From the IMG/VR virus record IMGVR_UViG_3300032116_013561: a stretch of 20,000 bases of DNA; one strand, given 5' to 3'. Below the pieces are notes generated by a model, which was given only the letters and a program-made list of their open reading frames with translations, was not told the origin of the DNA and made no database searches. The stretch is from an uncultured virus (IMG/VR IMGVR_UViG_3300032116_013561). Lineage: Duplodnaviria > Heunggongvirae > Uroviricota > Caudoviricetes. The translations under genes were made by a program, and so were the position numbers. Below, in pieces: positions 8,391 through 16,015 of this stretch. Positions within the stretch are counted from its first letter, which is position 1. Each line of letters starts with the position of its first letter.

Positions 8391-8621
8391 CTAAATGTCT
8401 GAAAAACTCCCATCCTCATTTTTTAAGGAAACTTTGTAAATACGGCCTGTTGGGTCTGAATTCATCAATTCATCTCTTTTAGCTTCTGCATCGGATAAAT
8501 TTTCAAATTCATCAATTGTATCGTTTGGATTTAATTTAAGAACCCAAATCTGTCTTTTTGCCCAATTTGGGTCACCTTGATTTGTATCAACTGGAATAAG
8601 CTGTTTATGAACGTAATACAT
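8391..8621 (-). CDS. Hypothetical protein (76 aa)
   Basis: Its ATG overlaps the TAA of the upstream ORF (TAATG); plausible alpha/beta composition. Confidence 0.8.
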   Translation of the reverse strand: MYYVHKQLIPVDTNQGDPNWAKRQIWVLKLNPNDTIDEFENLSDAEAKRDELMNSDPTGRIYKVSLKNEDGSFSDI

Positions 8622-8788
8622 TATTTTATTAATTTTTTGAATAGTACCTTTTTAATCCATACACTTTTTAGGCCGGCCCATTGATAATAACGATATTTCC
8701 ACTTTTGATTAAGAAAGAAAAACGATACGAATCCAAACACCAATAAAAATAAATTCAATACTTTCGATATGGTGATTGGAGTCCACAT
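8621..8788 (-). CDS. Small membrane protein (55 aa)
   Basis: Not in the ORF track: MWTPITISKVLNLFLLVFGFVSFFFLNQKWKYRYYQWAGLKSVWIKKVLFKKLIK*. One TM helix plus a basic tail; the stop is coupled to the next start. Confidence 0.7.
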   Translation of the reverse strand: MWTPITISKVLNLFLLVFGFVSFFFLNQKWKYRYYQWAGLKSVWIKKVLFKKLIK

Positions 8789-8853
8789 ATTATCTCCAAC
8801 CCTCCTTGGTATGTCTATAAGAAGGTTTCATTAGACATAAATATAAAATAGGA

Positions 8854-10230
8854 TTAGATTCCTATATTCTTCAACCTTTGTAATTCGGTTTGTATATGTT
8901 TATTGTAGGCGTTCCATTTTATATTATCCAACAACCAATTACGATAATAGCCCGGTATTTTACGAACTTCCACATCTTTGTACTTTCCAAAACTCATTTT
9001 AATAACAGGCCCTTGAGCGGCTAATGTATGTGGGTCTGGTTGTCCTTGTTTATGCAATCCTATTTCGTGAAGTGGAATTCCTGTTAATAACTTTTTACCT
9101 TCTCCGTATAATTTCCATAGTGGTTCTTCGTAATCAAAGTATAAATCTTCTACCTTTCCGAACTTTGGTACACTACCCACAAAATCAATTACAAGCCCAT
9201 TTAGCTTCTCAGGATGGATACGAGTTACTCTACCCACAAACTGATACCACCAACTTAAAGATGCCGTAGGTCTTCCCGTAATGATACAATCTAACTGCGG
9301 ATGGTCAAATCCTACCGAAAGAATAGTAACCTGAACAACTATTCTCAATTTGCCACTTTTGAAATCTGAAATAATCCTATCTCTGTCCGCATCTGGCATT
9401 CCGCTAAAGATTGCTTCACAACTTGGTAAGCGAGTGGACAATTCTTTTGCTTCATCAATAGAAGGTACGGCAATTAGAATAGATTTTCTTTCGGGTAATT
9501 CGGAAATCCTTTTAATTATCTTTCCACCAATATCTTGCTGCTTGTAAGCCCTCTTAATACTATCATCCGTATAATCCGCCTTATTAGAATTGTAAACTAA
9601 ATCACCAGTTTCAAAATCGTATGATTCATATTTCAATGGTGACCAAAATCCCATATCACACATCTCCTTAATTTGGGCAACGTGAATAATATCTCTAAAG
9701 AAATTACCTTTTTTACTCTTTGAAGTAAGCATTACCAATTTTGAGAAAGGTTGGCCCCATTGGTCTAAGTTAGCTTGTAGTTTAAGTGGAGTTGCGGTTA
9801 ATCCTAATACGTGAGTTATCTTAGCTGCCGTTAAAAATCTCCTTAACATACCATCCGGCTCCCTTGGAAAACGGTCACACTCATCTATAATCACTTTTCT
9901 GATACCTAATTCGTAAAATTTCCAAGCTATATTAACAATTGAACCAATTGTAGCATAAGTTACATCACCAATCTCCTTTTCATTCATAGATGCGGAGTAA
10001 ATTGATGCTTTTCCGCCTAAATTGATGAATTTGTTGTAGTTTTGCTCCAATAATTCTTTTGAAGGCTGAATAACTAATATTTTCTCACCTAAACGATGAG
10101 CTATTTCAGCAATAACGATACTTTTACCAAATGCGGTAGGAGCAACAATGATAGAAGGGTGCGGCTTCTTACTTTGAAAGAATTCCACACCCTTTTTTAC
10201 AGGTTCTATTTGATTCGGTCTTAATTCCAT
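8854..10230 (-). CDS. SF2 helicase (RadD/YejH-like) with short C-terminal DUF3820-like domain
   Basis: LRPNQ (Q motif), APTAFGKS, IIDECD, GLTATP, SVGFDHP, QFVGRVTR; tail MSFGKYKDVEVRKIPGYYRNWLL. Confidence 0.92.
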   Translation of the reverse strand: MELRPNQIEPVKKGVEFFQSKKPHPSIIVAPTAFGKSIVIAEIAHRLGEKILVIQPSKELLEQNYNKFINLGGKASIYSASMNEKEIGDVTYATIGSIVNIAWKFYELGIRKVIIDECDRFPREPDGMLRRFLTAAKITHVLGLTATPLKLQANLDQWGQPFSKLVMLTSKSKKGNFFRDIIHVAQIKEMCDMGFWSPLKYESYDFETGDLVYNSNKADYTDDSIKRAYKQQDIGGKIIKRISELPERKSILIAVPSIDEAKELSTRLPSCEAIFSGMPDADRDRIISDFKSGKLRIVVQVTILSVGFDHPQLDCIITGRPTASLSWWYQFVGRVTRIHPEKLNGLVIDFVGSVPKFGKVEDLYFDYEEPLWKLYGEGKKLLTGIPLHEIGLHKQGQPDPHTLAAQGPVIKMSFGKYKDVEVRKIPGYYRNWLLDNIKWNAYNKHIQTELQRLKNIGI

Positions 10231-10234
10231 TTAA

Positions 10235-10585
10235 TTATTTAAGATATTCCGGCCCATACACACCATATTGAGCAGTTCCATCAATAATGTTACCTCTAGC
10301 GTGCTTTGCTGGAGCTTTCCAAGTAGCTGCTTTCAACAAATCACCCTTTTTAATTGGTGAACCTTTCAAATCACCATCAACTCGGCTGATAAATCCCCAA
10401 CAAGATGTACCATGCCATATTCTGATGAATTTTGTACCAATTTCAACCACTACCGGTTTGTATTGATTCGGCATATTGGCTTTTTCGTAATACTCTTTAC
10501 GTTCTTTATCCAATTTTTCAATAAATTTAGCTACAATAGGGTTACTTTTTAGGTAATCTAAGGCTTTTTGGTCAGTTTGTCTCAT
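10235..10585 (-). CDS. Conserved phage hypothetical protein (116 aa)
   Basis: WGFI...GDLLKAATWKAPAKHARGNI motif, which I recognise from uncharacterised proteins of large phages. Confidence 0.85.
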   Translation of the reverse strand: MRQTDQKALDYLKSNPIVAKFIEKLDKERKEYYEKANMPNQYKPVVVEIGTKFIRIWHGTSCWGFISRVDGDLKGSPIKKGDLLKAATWKAPAKHARGNIIDGTAQYGVYGPEYLK

Positions 10586-10597
10586 ATTTTTTAATTT

Positions 10598-10756
10598 TTA
10601 TTGATTTTTTAATAAATTAAACGAAAATTTGTTACGAGCCCAATTTTTGCTCTCCTTCTTTTTCTTGTCAACAACGATTTTCTCACGAAATCTTCCATCG
10701 TAAGCTCCAGCTTTCACCATTTCTTGGCGTTTTAACTGATTTTCATACTTTTTCAT
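10598..10756 (-). CDS. Small basic protein (52 aa), possibly ArfA/BrfA-like
   Basis: Not in the ORF track: MKKYENQLKRQEMVKAGAYDGRFREKIVVDKKKKESKNWARNKFSFNLLKNQ*. First gene after promoter 10781-10812. The ORF is well supported; the function is a guess. Confidence 0.8.
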   Translation of the reverse strand: MKKYENQLKRQEMVKAGAYDGRFREKIVVDKKKKESKNWARNKFSFNLLKNQ

Positions 10757-10780
10757 ACAAATACAATTTTTATTACTACC

Positions 10781-10812
10781 TAAAGGTAGTAAATTTTCCT
10801 GAAACTACCAAA
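10781..10812 (-). promoter_or_regulatory. Sigma-A-type promoter with variant -7 (TACCTTTA)
   Basis: TTTG-N20-TACCTTTA. The -7 box lies within the perfect inverted repeat TTACTACC-taaa-GGTAGTAA (10773-10792). Confidence 0.7.
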
Positions 10813-10820
10813 TTTTTTTA

Positions 10821-10845
10821 TAAAACGTTGATTTTCAATTAGTTA
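10821..10845. repeat. Third copy of the 25-bp spaced palindrome
   Basis: taaaacgttgattttcaattagtta = TAA-N4-TTGA-N3-TCAA-N4-TTA. Confidence 0.85.
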
Positions 10846-10970
10846 AACCTTTAATTTTTCCTTAAAAATCCTATTTTTTGGTATTTTTACACATTTTTTG
10901 CTAAAATTGTTGAAACACTATTATAATATATTTCGGATTAATTAGACATACGAATTTTTTTTAATATTTT

Positions 10971-11002
10971 TTTGGAAAATTCAAAAACTTTCTATATATT
11001 TG
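10971..11002 (+). promoter_or_regulatory. Bacteroidota sigma-A promoter for the TonB-dependent transporter
   Basis: TTTG-N20-TATATTTG, about 200 nt upstream of ATG 11204. Confidence 0.85.
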
Positions 11003-11036
11003 TGAAAATTTTACCAAAGATTTGGGAGTTACGATA

Positions 11037-11159
11037 ATGATGGGTTATAATATTATGTTACAGTATAGAACTAAAGCGGATAGTTTTGGAAAAAACAATA
11101 TTCTTGCTACATATAACGTATTTACCTCAATTTTAGGTAAAGGAAAGGGTGTCAGATAA
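11037..11159 (+). CDS. Possible leader peptide (40 aa)
   Basis: MMGYNIMLQYRTKADSFGKNNILATYNVFTSILGKGKGVR*; the stop codon lies in the loop of the leader hairpin. Could be a chance ORF. Confidence 0.3.
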   Translation: MMGYNIMLQYRTKADSFGKNNILATYNVFTSILGKGKGVR

Positions 11160-11180
11160 ACTGAACACCCTTTTTTATTT
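11144..11180 (+). terminator. Terminator-like hairpin in the transporter leader
   Basis: AAAGGGTGT-CAG-ataaa-CTG-a-ACACCCTTT followed by TTTATTT, ending about 23 nt before the ATG. Confidence 0.7.
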
Positions 11181-11203
11181 GGTTACATATTAAACAAAAA
11201 CAA

Positions 11204-14200
11204 ATGCACATGAAAAAAGCAATGTTAATGATGTTGTTATTTATGACAACAGCGTTTATGGGGTTTGCGCAAATCACAACCTCAAACATTTCTGGTGTGG
11301 TTAAAAACCAGAAGGGAGAAACTATCCCTGGCGCTTCGATTCATGCAACACACAACCCAACTGGTACGAATTATTATTCAGTTACCAATAAGAGTGGTGT
11401 GTTTGTGATTCCAGCGGTTAGGGTTGGTGGACCTTACACAATCCACGCTTCATTCGTAGGATTTAAGAAAGGTGAACTTAAAGAAATTAATACATCTTTA
11501 GGTTTAACCGAAAACGTAGAATTTGTATTGGTTGAAGAAGCAGTACAATTGAAAGAAGTAGTTGTATCAGCAAACAAGTATGGTATTTTCTCAAAAGAAA
11601 AAACTGGTGCTGCACAACAATTCGGACGTAGAGAATTAACTACAATTCCGATTACAGGAGCTAGAACTATTGATGGTATCACAAAGTACAATCCATTTGG
11701 TAGTGGTAACTCTTTCGGAGCACAAGACTCTCGTTTGAATAACTTCACAATTGATGGTTCTCAATTCAATAACAATTTCGGTTTAGGTTCTTCCGCACAA
11801 GCGGGTGGTAGAACTGGTGCTTCAGCCATTTCATTAGATGCGATTGACCAATTGCAGGTGAACGTTGCACCATTTGATATTCGCCAAAGTGGTTTCACAG
11901 GCGCAGGTATCAATGCGGTAACTCGTTCCGGTTCAAATGAAATTGAAGGTAGTGTTTATCAAACTCAAAGAAACAATTCATCAACTTATGTTGGTGATAA
12001 CGCAAGAGGAACTACCGTAACTGCGGCTAAGTTTGATGAGAAAGTACAAGGTTTTAGATTAGGTGCGCCAATTATCAAAAACAAATTATTCATTTTTGGT
12101 AACTACGAAAGTATAGAAAGAACTGAGCCGGGTACTAACTGGATTTCAGAAGGTTCACCATTGACGGGTACACAAATCAGTAGAGTAAAATATGCTGATA
12201 TGAAAGCTCTTTCTGATTTTATGAAAGAGAAATTCAATTATGTGACTGGCCCTTGGGAAGGTTATTCTAACACAAATGCTTCTAAGAAGTTTTTGCTTAG
12301 AACTGACTGGAACATTAACGATAAGAACAAATTAACTGCTCGTTATGTTCACCATAATTCTGAAGCGGAGATTAATATTTCAAACTCTCAATCAGCAGGA
12401 GCTGGTAATAGAACTACTCAATTTAATGCAATGTCATTTAAGAACAGTGGTTATATTATTCAAGATAATACTCGTTCAGCAGTATTGGAATTGAACTCAA
12501 ATTTATCTAGCACTTTATTTAACAACTTAATCGTTTCTTACGATAAGCAAATTGAAGATAGAGCTTATATGAGTCAAATGTTCCCAACTATTGATATTAG
12601 AGATGGTTCAGCAACTTATACTTCGGTAGGTTTTGACCCATTTACTCCATCAAATAAGTTGAACTATTGGACATTCAATGTAACAAACAACGTTACAAAA
12701 TATTTGGAGAAACACACTTTAGTTGGTGGTTTTAACTTCCAAAAATATCAATCAAACAACTTATTCTACCCAGCTTCTAATGGTGTTTACATCTTTAATA
12801 GCTTGGCAGATTTCTACACTGCAGCTAATCAATCATTGGCAAATGGTGGTGCACCTTCAACATTTGTACCGGCTCGTTTCCAATTCCGTTATTCAGCTTT
12901 GACTGGCGCAGTTGAACCAATGCAAGTGTTGAAAACAAATCGTTTAGATTTATATGTTCAAGACGAATATAATGCAACTCAAAACCTTAAATTAACTTTT
13001 GGTTTAAGAGCAAACATTATTTCAATTGAAAACACAGCATTAGAAAACAAAGCAATTTCAGCTATGACTTTTGCTGGTGGTGAGAAGTGGAATACAAGTG
13101 TACTTCCTAAAAATCAATTGTTATTTGAACCTCGTTTCGGATTTAACTATGATGTAAAAGGTGAGAAGAAAACACAAATCAGAGGTGGTAGTGGTATCTT
13201 TACTGGTAGACCTCCATATGTGTTCCTTTCTAATCAAATTGGAAACAATGGTGTGTTGACAGGATTTATTGATGTGAGTGGTGCAGCAGCGGCACAATAT
13301 GGTTTCACTGCAGACCCTAACAAATATTTCATTCCTTCAACTCCAACGTTACCATCAACATTTGATTTAGCATTAACTGACCCTAATTACAAAATGCCAC
13401 AAGTTTGGAAATCAAACTTAGCAATTGACCAAAAATTACCTTGGTTTGGATTAGTAGCTAGTGCTGAATTTTTATACAACAAAACAATTAACGCAGTTCA
13501 TTATTATAACGCTAACTTAGATGCACCTGTTGGTACATTAGGTGGTGTTGATGCAAGACCTCGTTACGCTGGTACTGATGCTGGTGTAAGAGTAAACGAT
13601 AACGTATCAATGGCTGCGGTATTAACTAATAGAAATGGGGCTTATAATCGTTCAGCAACATTCAAATTAGAAAAACCAATCTCTAAAGGTTTTTGGGGTT
13701 ATGTAGCTTATACGGCTGCAAAAGCTGAAGACTTTATGGATGCAGGTTCTATCGCAAGTGGTAGCTGGCAATCAGCATTATCTACAACTAACAACAATGA
13801 TTTAGGATTATCAATTTCTTCAAACTTAGTAAGAAATCGTATTGTAGGTTTATTGGGTTATCGTTTAGATTATGGTAAGAAATATGGTGGAGCAACTACA
13901 TTCACTTTAGGTTATGTAGGTTCTCAAAATAATCCATTCTCTTACATCGTAGCTGGTGACTTGAATGGTGATAGAGTATCTAACAATGAATTAGTATTCG
14001 TACCAAACAAAGGTTCTGATATTCGTTTCTCACCATTGACCGTAGGTAGTGGAGCAACAGCGGTAACTTATACTGAAGCTCAACAACAAGAGGCTTTTGA
14101 TAAGTTCATCGCTCAAGACCCTTACCTATCAACTCGTAGAGGTCAATACGCTGAAAGAAACGCATTGGATTTACCAATGTTACATAGATTTGATTTATCT

Positions 14201-14497
14201 ATCGCACAAGATGTATTTGTAAAGATTGGTGGAAAGAGAAATGCTTTCCAAATCAGAGCAGATATTCTTAACTTCGGAAATATGTTGAATAACAAATGGG
14301 GTGTTTCTCAAAGAGCAACTAACCCACAATTGTTGAACTTTGTAAGTAGAGATGCTAACAACGTTCCAACATATAGATTAGCAACTCAAAGAGATGCAAG
14401 CGGTACTTATTTGATTAAAGATACATATCAATTCAATTCTTCAGTATTTGATGTGTGGACAGCTCAGTTAGGTATTCGTTACACATTTGGCAAATAA
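11204..14497 (+). CDS. TonB-dependent outer-membrane transporter, Oar-like, with N-terminal carboxypeptidase-regulatory-like domain
   Basis: Sec signal ending GFA-Q (Gln +1, typical of Bacteroidota); ISGVVKN..GETIPGASI.A...GGPYTI; plug motifs NNFTIDG..NNNFGL and SLDAIDQLQVNVAPFDIRQSGFTGAGINAVTRSG; barrel motifs YVQDE and PRFGFNYD; C-terminal QLGIRYTF. Confidence 0.95.
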   Translation: MHMKKAMLMMLLFMTTAFMGFAQITTSNISGVVKNQKGETIPGASIHATHNPTGTNYYSVTNKSGVFVIPAVRVGGPYTIHASFVGFKKGELKEINTSLGLTENVEFVLVEEAVQLKEVVVSANKYGIFSKEKTGAAQQFGRRELTTIPITGARTIDGITKYNPFGSGNSFGAQDSRLNNFTIDGSQFNNNFGLGSSAQAGGRTGASAISLDAIDQLQVNVAPFDIRQSGFTGAGINAVTRSGSNEIEGSVYQTQRNNSSTYVGDNARGTTVTAAKFDEKVQGFRLGAPIIKNKLFIFGNYESIERTEPGTNWISEGSPLTGTQISRVKYADMKALSDFMKEKFNYVTGPWEGYSNTNASKKFLLRTDWNINDKNKLTARYVHHNSEAEINISNSQSAGAGNRTTQFNAMSFKNSGYIIQDNTRSAVLELNSNLSSTLFNNLIVSYDKQIEDRAYMSQMFPTIDIRDGSATYTSVGFDPFTPSNKLNYWTFNVTNNVTKYLEKHTLVGGFNFQKYQSNNLFYPASNGVYIFNSLADFYTAANQSLANGGAPSTFVPARFQFRYSALTGAVEPMQVLKTNRLDLYVQDEYNATQNLKLTFGLRANIISIENTALENKAISAMTFAGGEKWNTSVLPKNQLLFEPRFGFNYDVKGEKKTQIRGGSGIFTGRPPYVFLSNQIGNNGVLTGFIDVSGAAAAQYGFTADPNKYFIPSTPTLPSTFDLALTDPNYKMPQVWKSNLAIDQKLPWFGLVASAEFLYNKTINAVHYYNANLDAPVGTLGGVDARPRYAGTDAGVRVNDNVSMAAVLTNRNGAYNRSATFKLEKPISKGFWGYVAYTAAKAEDFMDAGSIASGSWQSALSTTNNNDLGLSISSNLVRNRIVGLLGYRLDYGKKYGGATTFTLGYVGSQNNPFSYIVAGDLNGDRVSNNELVFVPNKGSDIRFSPLTVGSGATAVTYTEAQQQEAFDKFIAQDPYLSTRRGQYAERNALDLPMLHRFDLSIAQDVFVKIGGKRNAFQIRADILNFGNMLNNKWGVSQRATNPQLLNFVSRDANNVPTYRLATQRDASGTYLIKDTYQFNSSVFDVWTAQLGIRYTFGK

Positions 14498-14521
14498 TCC
14501 TTATAAACAAACGAAATAATT

Positions 14522-14548
14522 GGGAGTAGAAATACTCCCTTTTATTTT
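14522..14548 (+). terminator. Intrinsic terminator after the transporter
   Basis: GGGAGTA-GAAA-TACTCCC followed by TTTTATTTT. Confidence 0.9.
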
Positions 14549-14576
14549 GCCTTATCGTAAAAAAATCGTATATTTG
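14546..14576 (+). promoter_or_regulatory. Bacteroidota sigma-A promoter for the CpcT/CpeT-like gene
   Basis: TTTG-N19-TATATTTG, 4 nt before ATG 14581; the -33 box overlaps the terminator T tract. Confidence 0.8.
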
Positions 14577-14580
14577 TGTT

Positions 14581-15186
14581 ATGAAAAAATTACTATTAAT
14601 ACTATTCGTATTCCTGTCCATTAACTCTTTTGGACAGATGGATAAAAAAGATTTGAAAGAGTATGTAAAAAGAATTACAGGTACATTCTCAACTTACGAA
14701 CAACACAAAACTGATTCTACATTTGATGATGTTAGAGTTTATACAAAGTTAATTCGTAAAGATGTAAATGGTATCTATTGGGTTTATACTGAGCAAGGTG
14801 AAGCTAAAAACTATGTACCATATCGTCAAAGAGTTTATCAAATTGCATTGGTTGAAGATTATATTAAACTAAGAATATATTATCTAAATGATATTACAAA
14901 ACATTCTTTCTTCAAACCAGAAACAATTAAGAATATTACACTTGCTGATATTAAATTAAAACCCGGTTGTGATTTGAATATAATTTCAAGAGGTGATGGA
15001 GTATATGGTGGACAAACTGATGATAAAAAATGTGTGGCAACTTTTAGAGGTTCTACTTATACAACAACTGATTTTCTAGTATATGAAGATGCTGTTCATA
15101 GTTGGGAAAGGGGATGGAATGATAAAGATATTCAAGTTTGGGGAAGTTCAAAAGGACATTACATTTATAAAAAGATTTCTAAGTGA
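14581..15186 (+). CDS. CpcT/CpeT-family (T-type bilin lyase fold) protein with signal peptide
   Basis: GTFST.EQ, YTEQG, PYRQRVY, GCD, a second Cys (KKCVA), HSWERG..D..QVWG...GHY: the CpcT/CpeT motif series. N-terminal signal MKKLLLILFVFLSINSFG-Q. Confidence 0.88.
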   Translation: MKKLLLILFVFLSINSFGQMDKKDLKEYVKRITGTFSTYEQHKTDSTFDDVRVYTKLIRKDVNGIYWVYTEQGEAKNYVPYRQRVYQIALVEDYIKLRIYYLNDITKHSFFKPETIKNITLADIKLKPGCDLNIISRGDGVYGGQTDDKKCVATFRGSTYTTTDFLVYEDAVHSWERGWNDKDIQVWGSSKGHYIYKKISK

Positions 15187-15722
15187 GTAAGATAATAAAT
15201 TTATTTGGCGGACCATCAATAGGTAAATCCACTCAAGCAGCAGGATTATATTATGAAATGAAAAAAGCAGGATACAATGTTGAGATGCCTTATGAGTTTC
15301 CTAAATTACAAGCATGGGAAAGAAATGTATATGCGGTTAAAGACCAATTTTATATTACGGCTAATCAACATCGTAACATTTCTCGTCTTTATGGACAGGT
15401 TGATTACATCATTGTTGATTCACCAATTCTATTTGGATTAATCTATAAGGATAGGTACAACGAAGAACCAGAATATCCTTCAATGTTTTATGGATATAAG
15501 TTTGATGAATTTATTGTTGATTTACACAAACAATATGATTCTCTTAATATAGTATTAGAAAGAGAACCATCAATGTATCAAGCTGATGGTAGATTCCAAA
15601 ACTTAGAAGAAAGTATGGAGATTGATAGAGAAATTGTTTCTATGCTGGAAAGATATGAAGTTGAATATTTCAAAGTACCAATCAATAATGATACTGCTAA
15701 TATTATAATATCTCTAATATAG
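15183..15722 (+). CDS. P-loop ATPase/kinase (NadR-like AAA_28)
   Basis: IINLFGGPSIGKST, EFPK..AWE, VDYIIVDSPIL, GRFQNLEES.EID; GTGA overlap with the upstream stop. Confidence 0.88.
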   Translation: MSKIINLFGGPSIGKSTQAAGLYYEMKKAGYNVEMPYEFPKLQAWERNVYAVKDQFYITANQHRNISRLYGQVDYIIVDSPILFGLIYKDRYNEEPEYPSMFYGYKFDEFIVDLHKQYDSLNIVLEREPSMYQADGRFQNLEESMEIDREIVSMLERYEVEYFKVPINNDTANIIISLI

Positions 15723-15872
15723 AACAATATAAATAATAGGGTATCATAATATTTTAGGGGTGATAAATTGTGAATAGAAATTAAGTTAATACAATTATTG
15801 AAGATAATTATAATAACAATCGGCGCCCGTTTCTTTATAACGTTATAATTGATTAACTTAAAATAAAAGAAA

Positions 15873-15986
15873 ATGCAAGCTATTGTAGATTTCGTATTCA
15901 ATCTTCACTTCTTAGTAGGTGCAGCAGTTGGATACTTCGTACTCCCTTACTTAGTAAATTTTGTAAAGGGATTCCTTAAAAAGTAA
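15873..15986 (+). CDS. Small single-TM peptide (37 aa)
   Basis: Not in the ORF track: MQAIVDFVFNLHFLVGAAVGYFVLPYLVNFVKGFLKK*. A-rich leader, TTC/TAC/GTA codon bias and its own terminator. Confidence 0.8.
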   Translation: MQAIVDFVFNLHFLVGAAVGYFVLPYLVNFVKGFLKK

Positions 15987-16015
15987 ATTAGAATTAAGCC
16001 CAAAGATTTACAAAC

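Noticed and set aside
8790..8831. 13-codon minus-strand ORF MKPSYRHTKEGWR just after an ATATTTAT motif
   Set aside because: Too short to support; could be a leaderless uORF but cannot be told from chance.
291..9547. Short track ORFs 291-485, 1191-1394, 1940-2125, 2504-2866, 4740-4955, 6615-6836, 9024-9269, 9350-9547
   Set aside because: Antisense or off-frame shadows of well-supported genes, with no motifs of their own.
10877..11115. Additional promoter-like sites TTTG-N21-TAAAATTG (10877) and TTTG-N19-TACATATA (11085)
   Set aside because: The -7 boxes deviate from consensus in very AT-rich DNA; possible but unsupported.
11003..11203. Known cobalamin or TPP riboswitch before the transporter
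   Set aside because: No recognisable B12-box or TPP core sequence; the region is very AT-rich.
14581..15186. Cyanophage identity suggested by cpeT-like, hsp20 and phoH
   Set aside because: Promoters, signal peptides and the transporter all look Bacteroidota, the CpcT-like protein has a signal peptide, and no photosynthesis genes are present.
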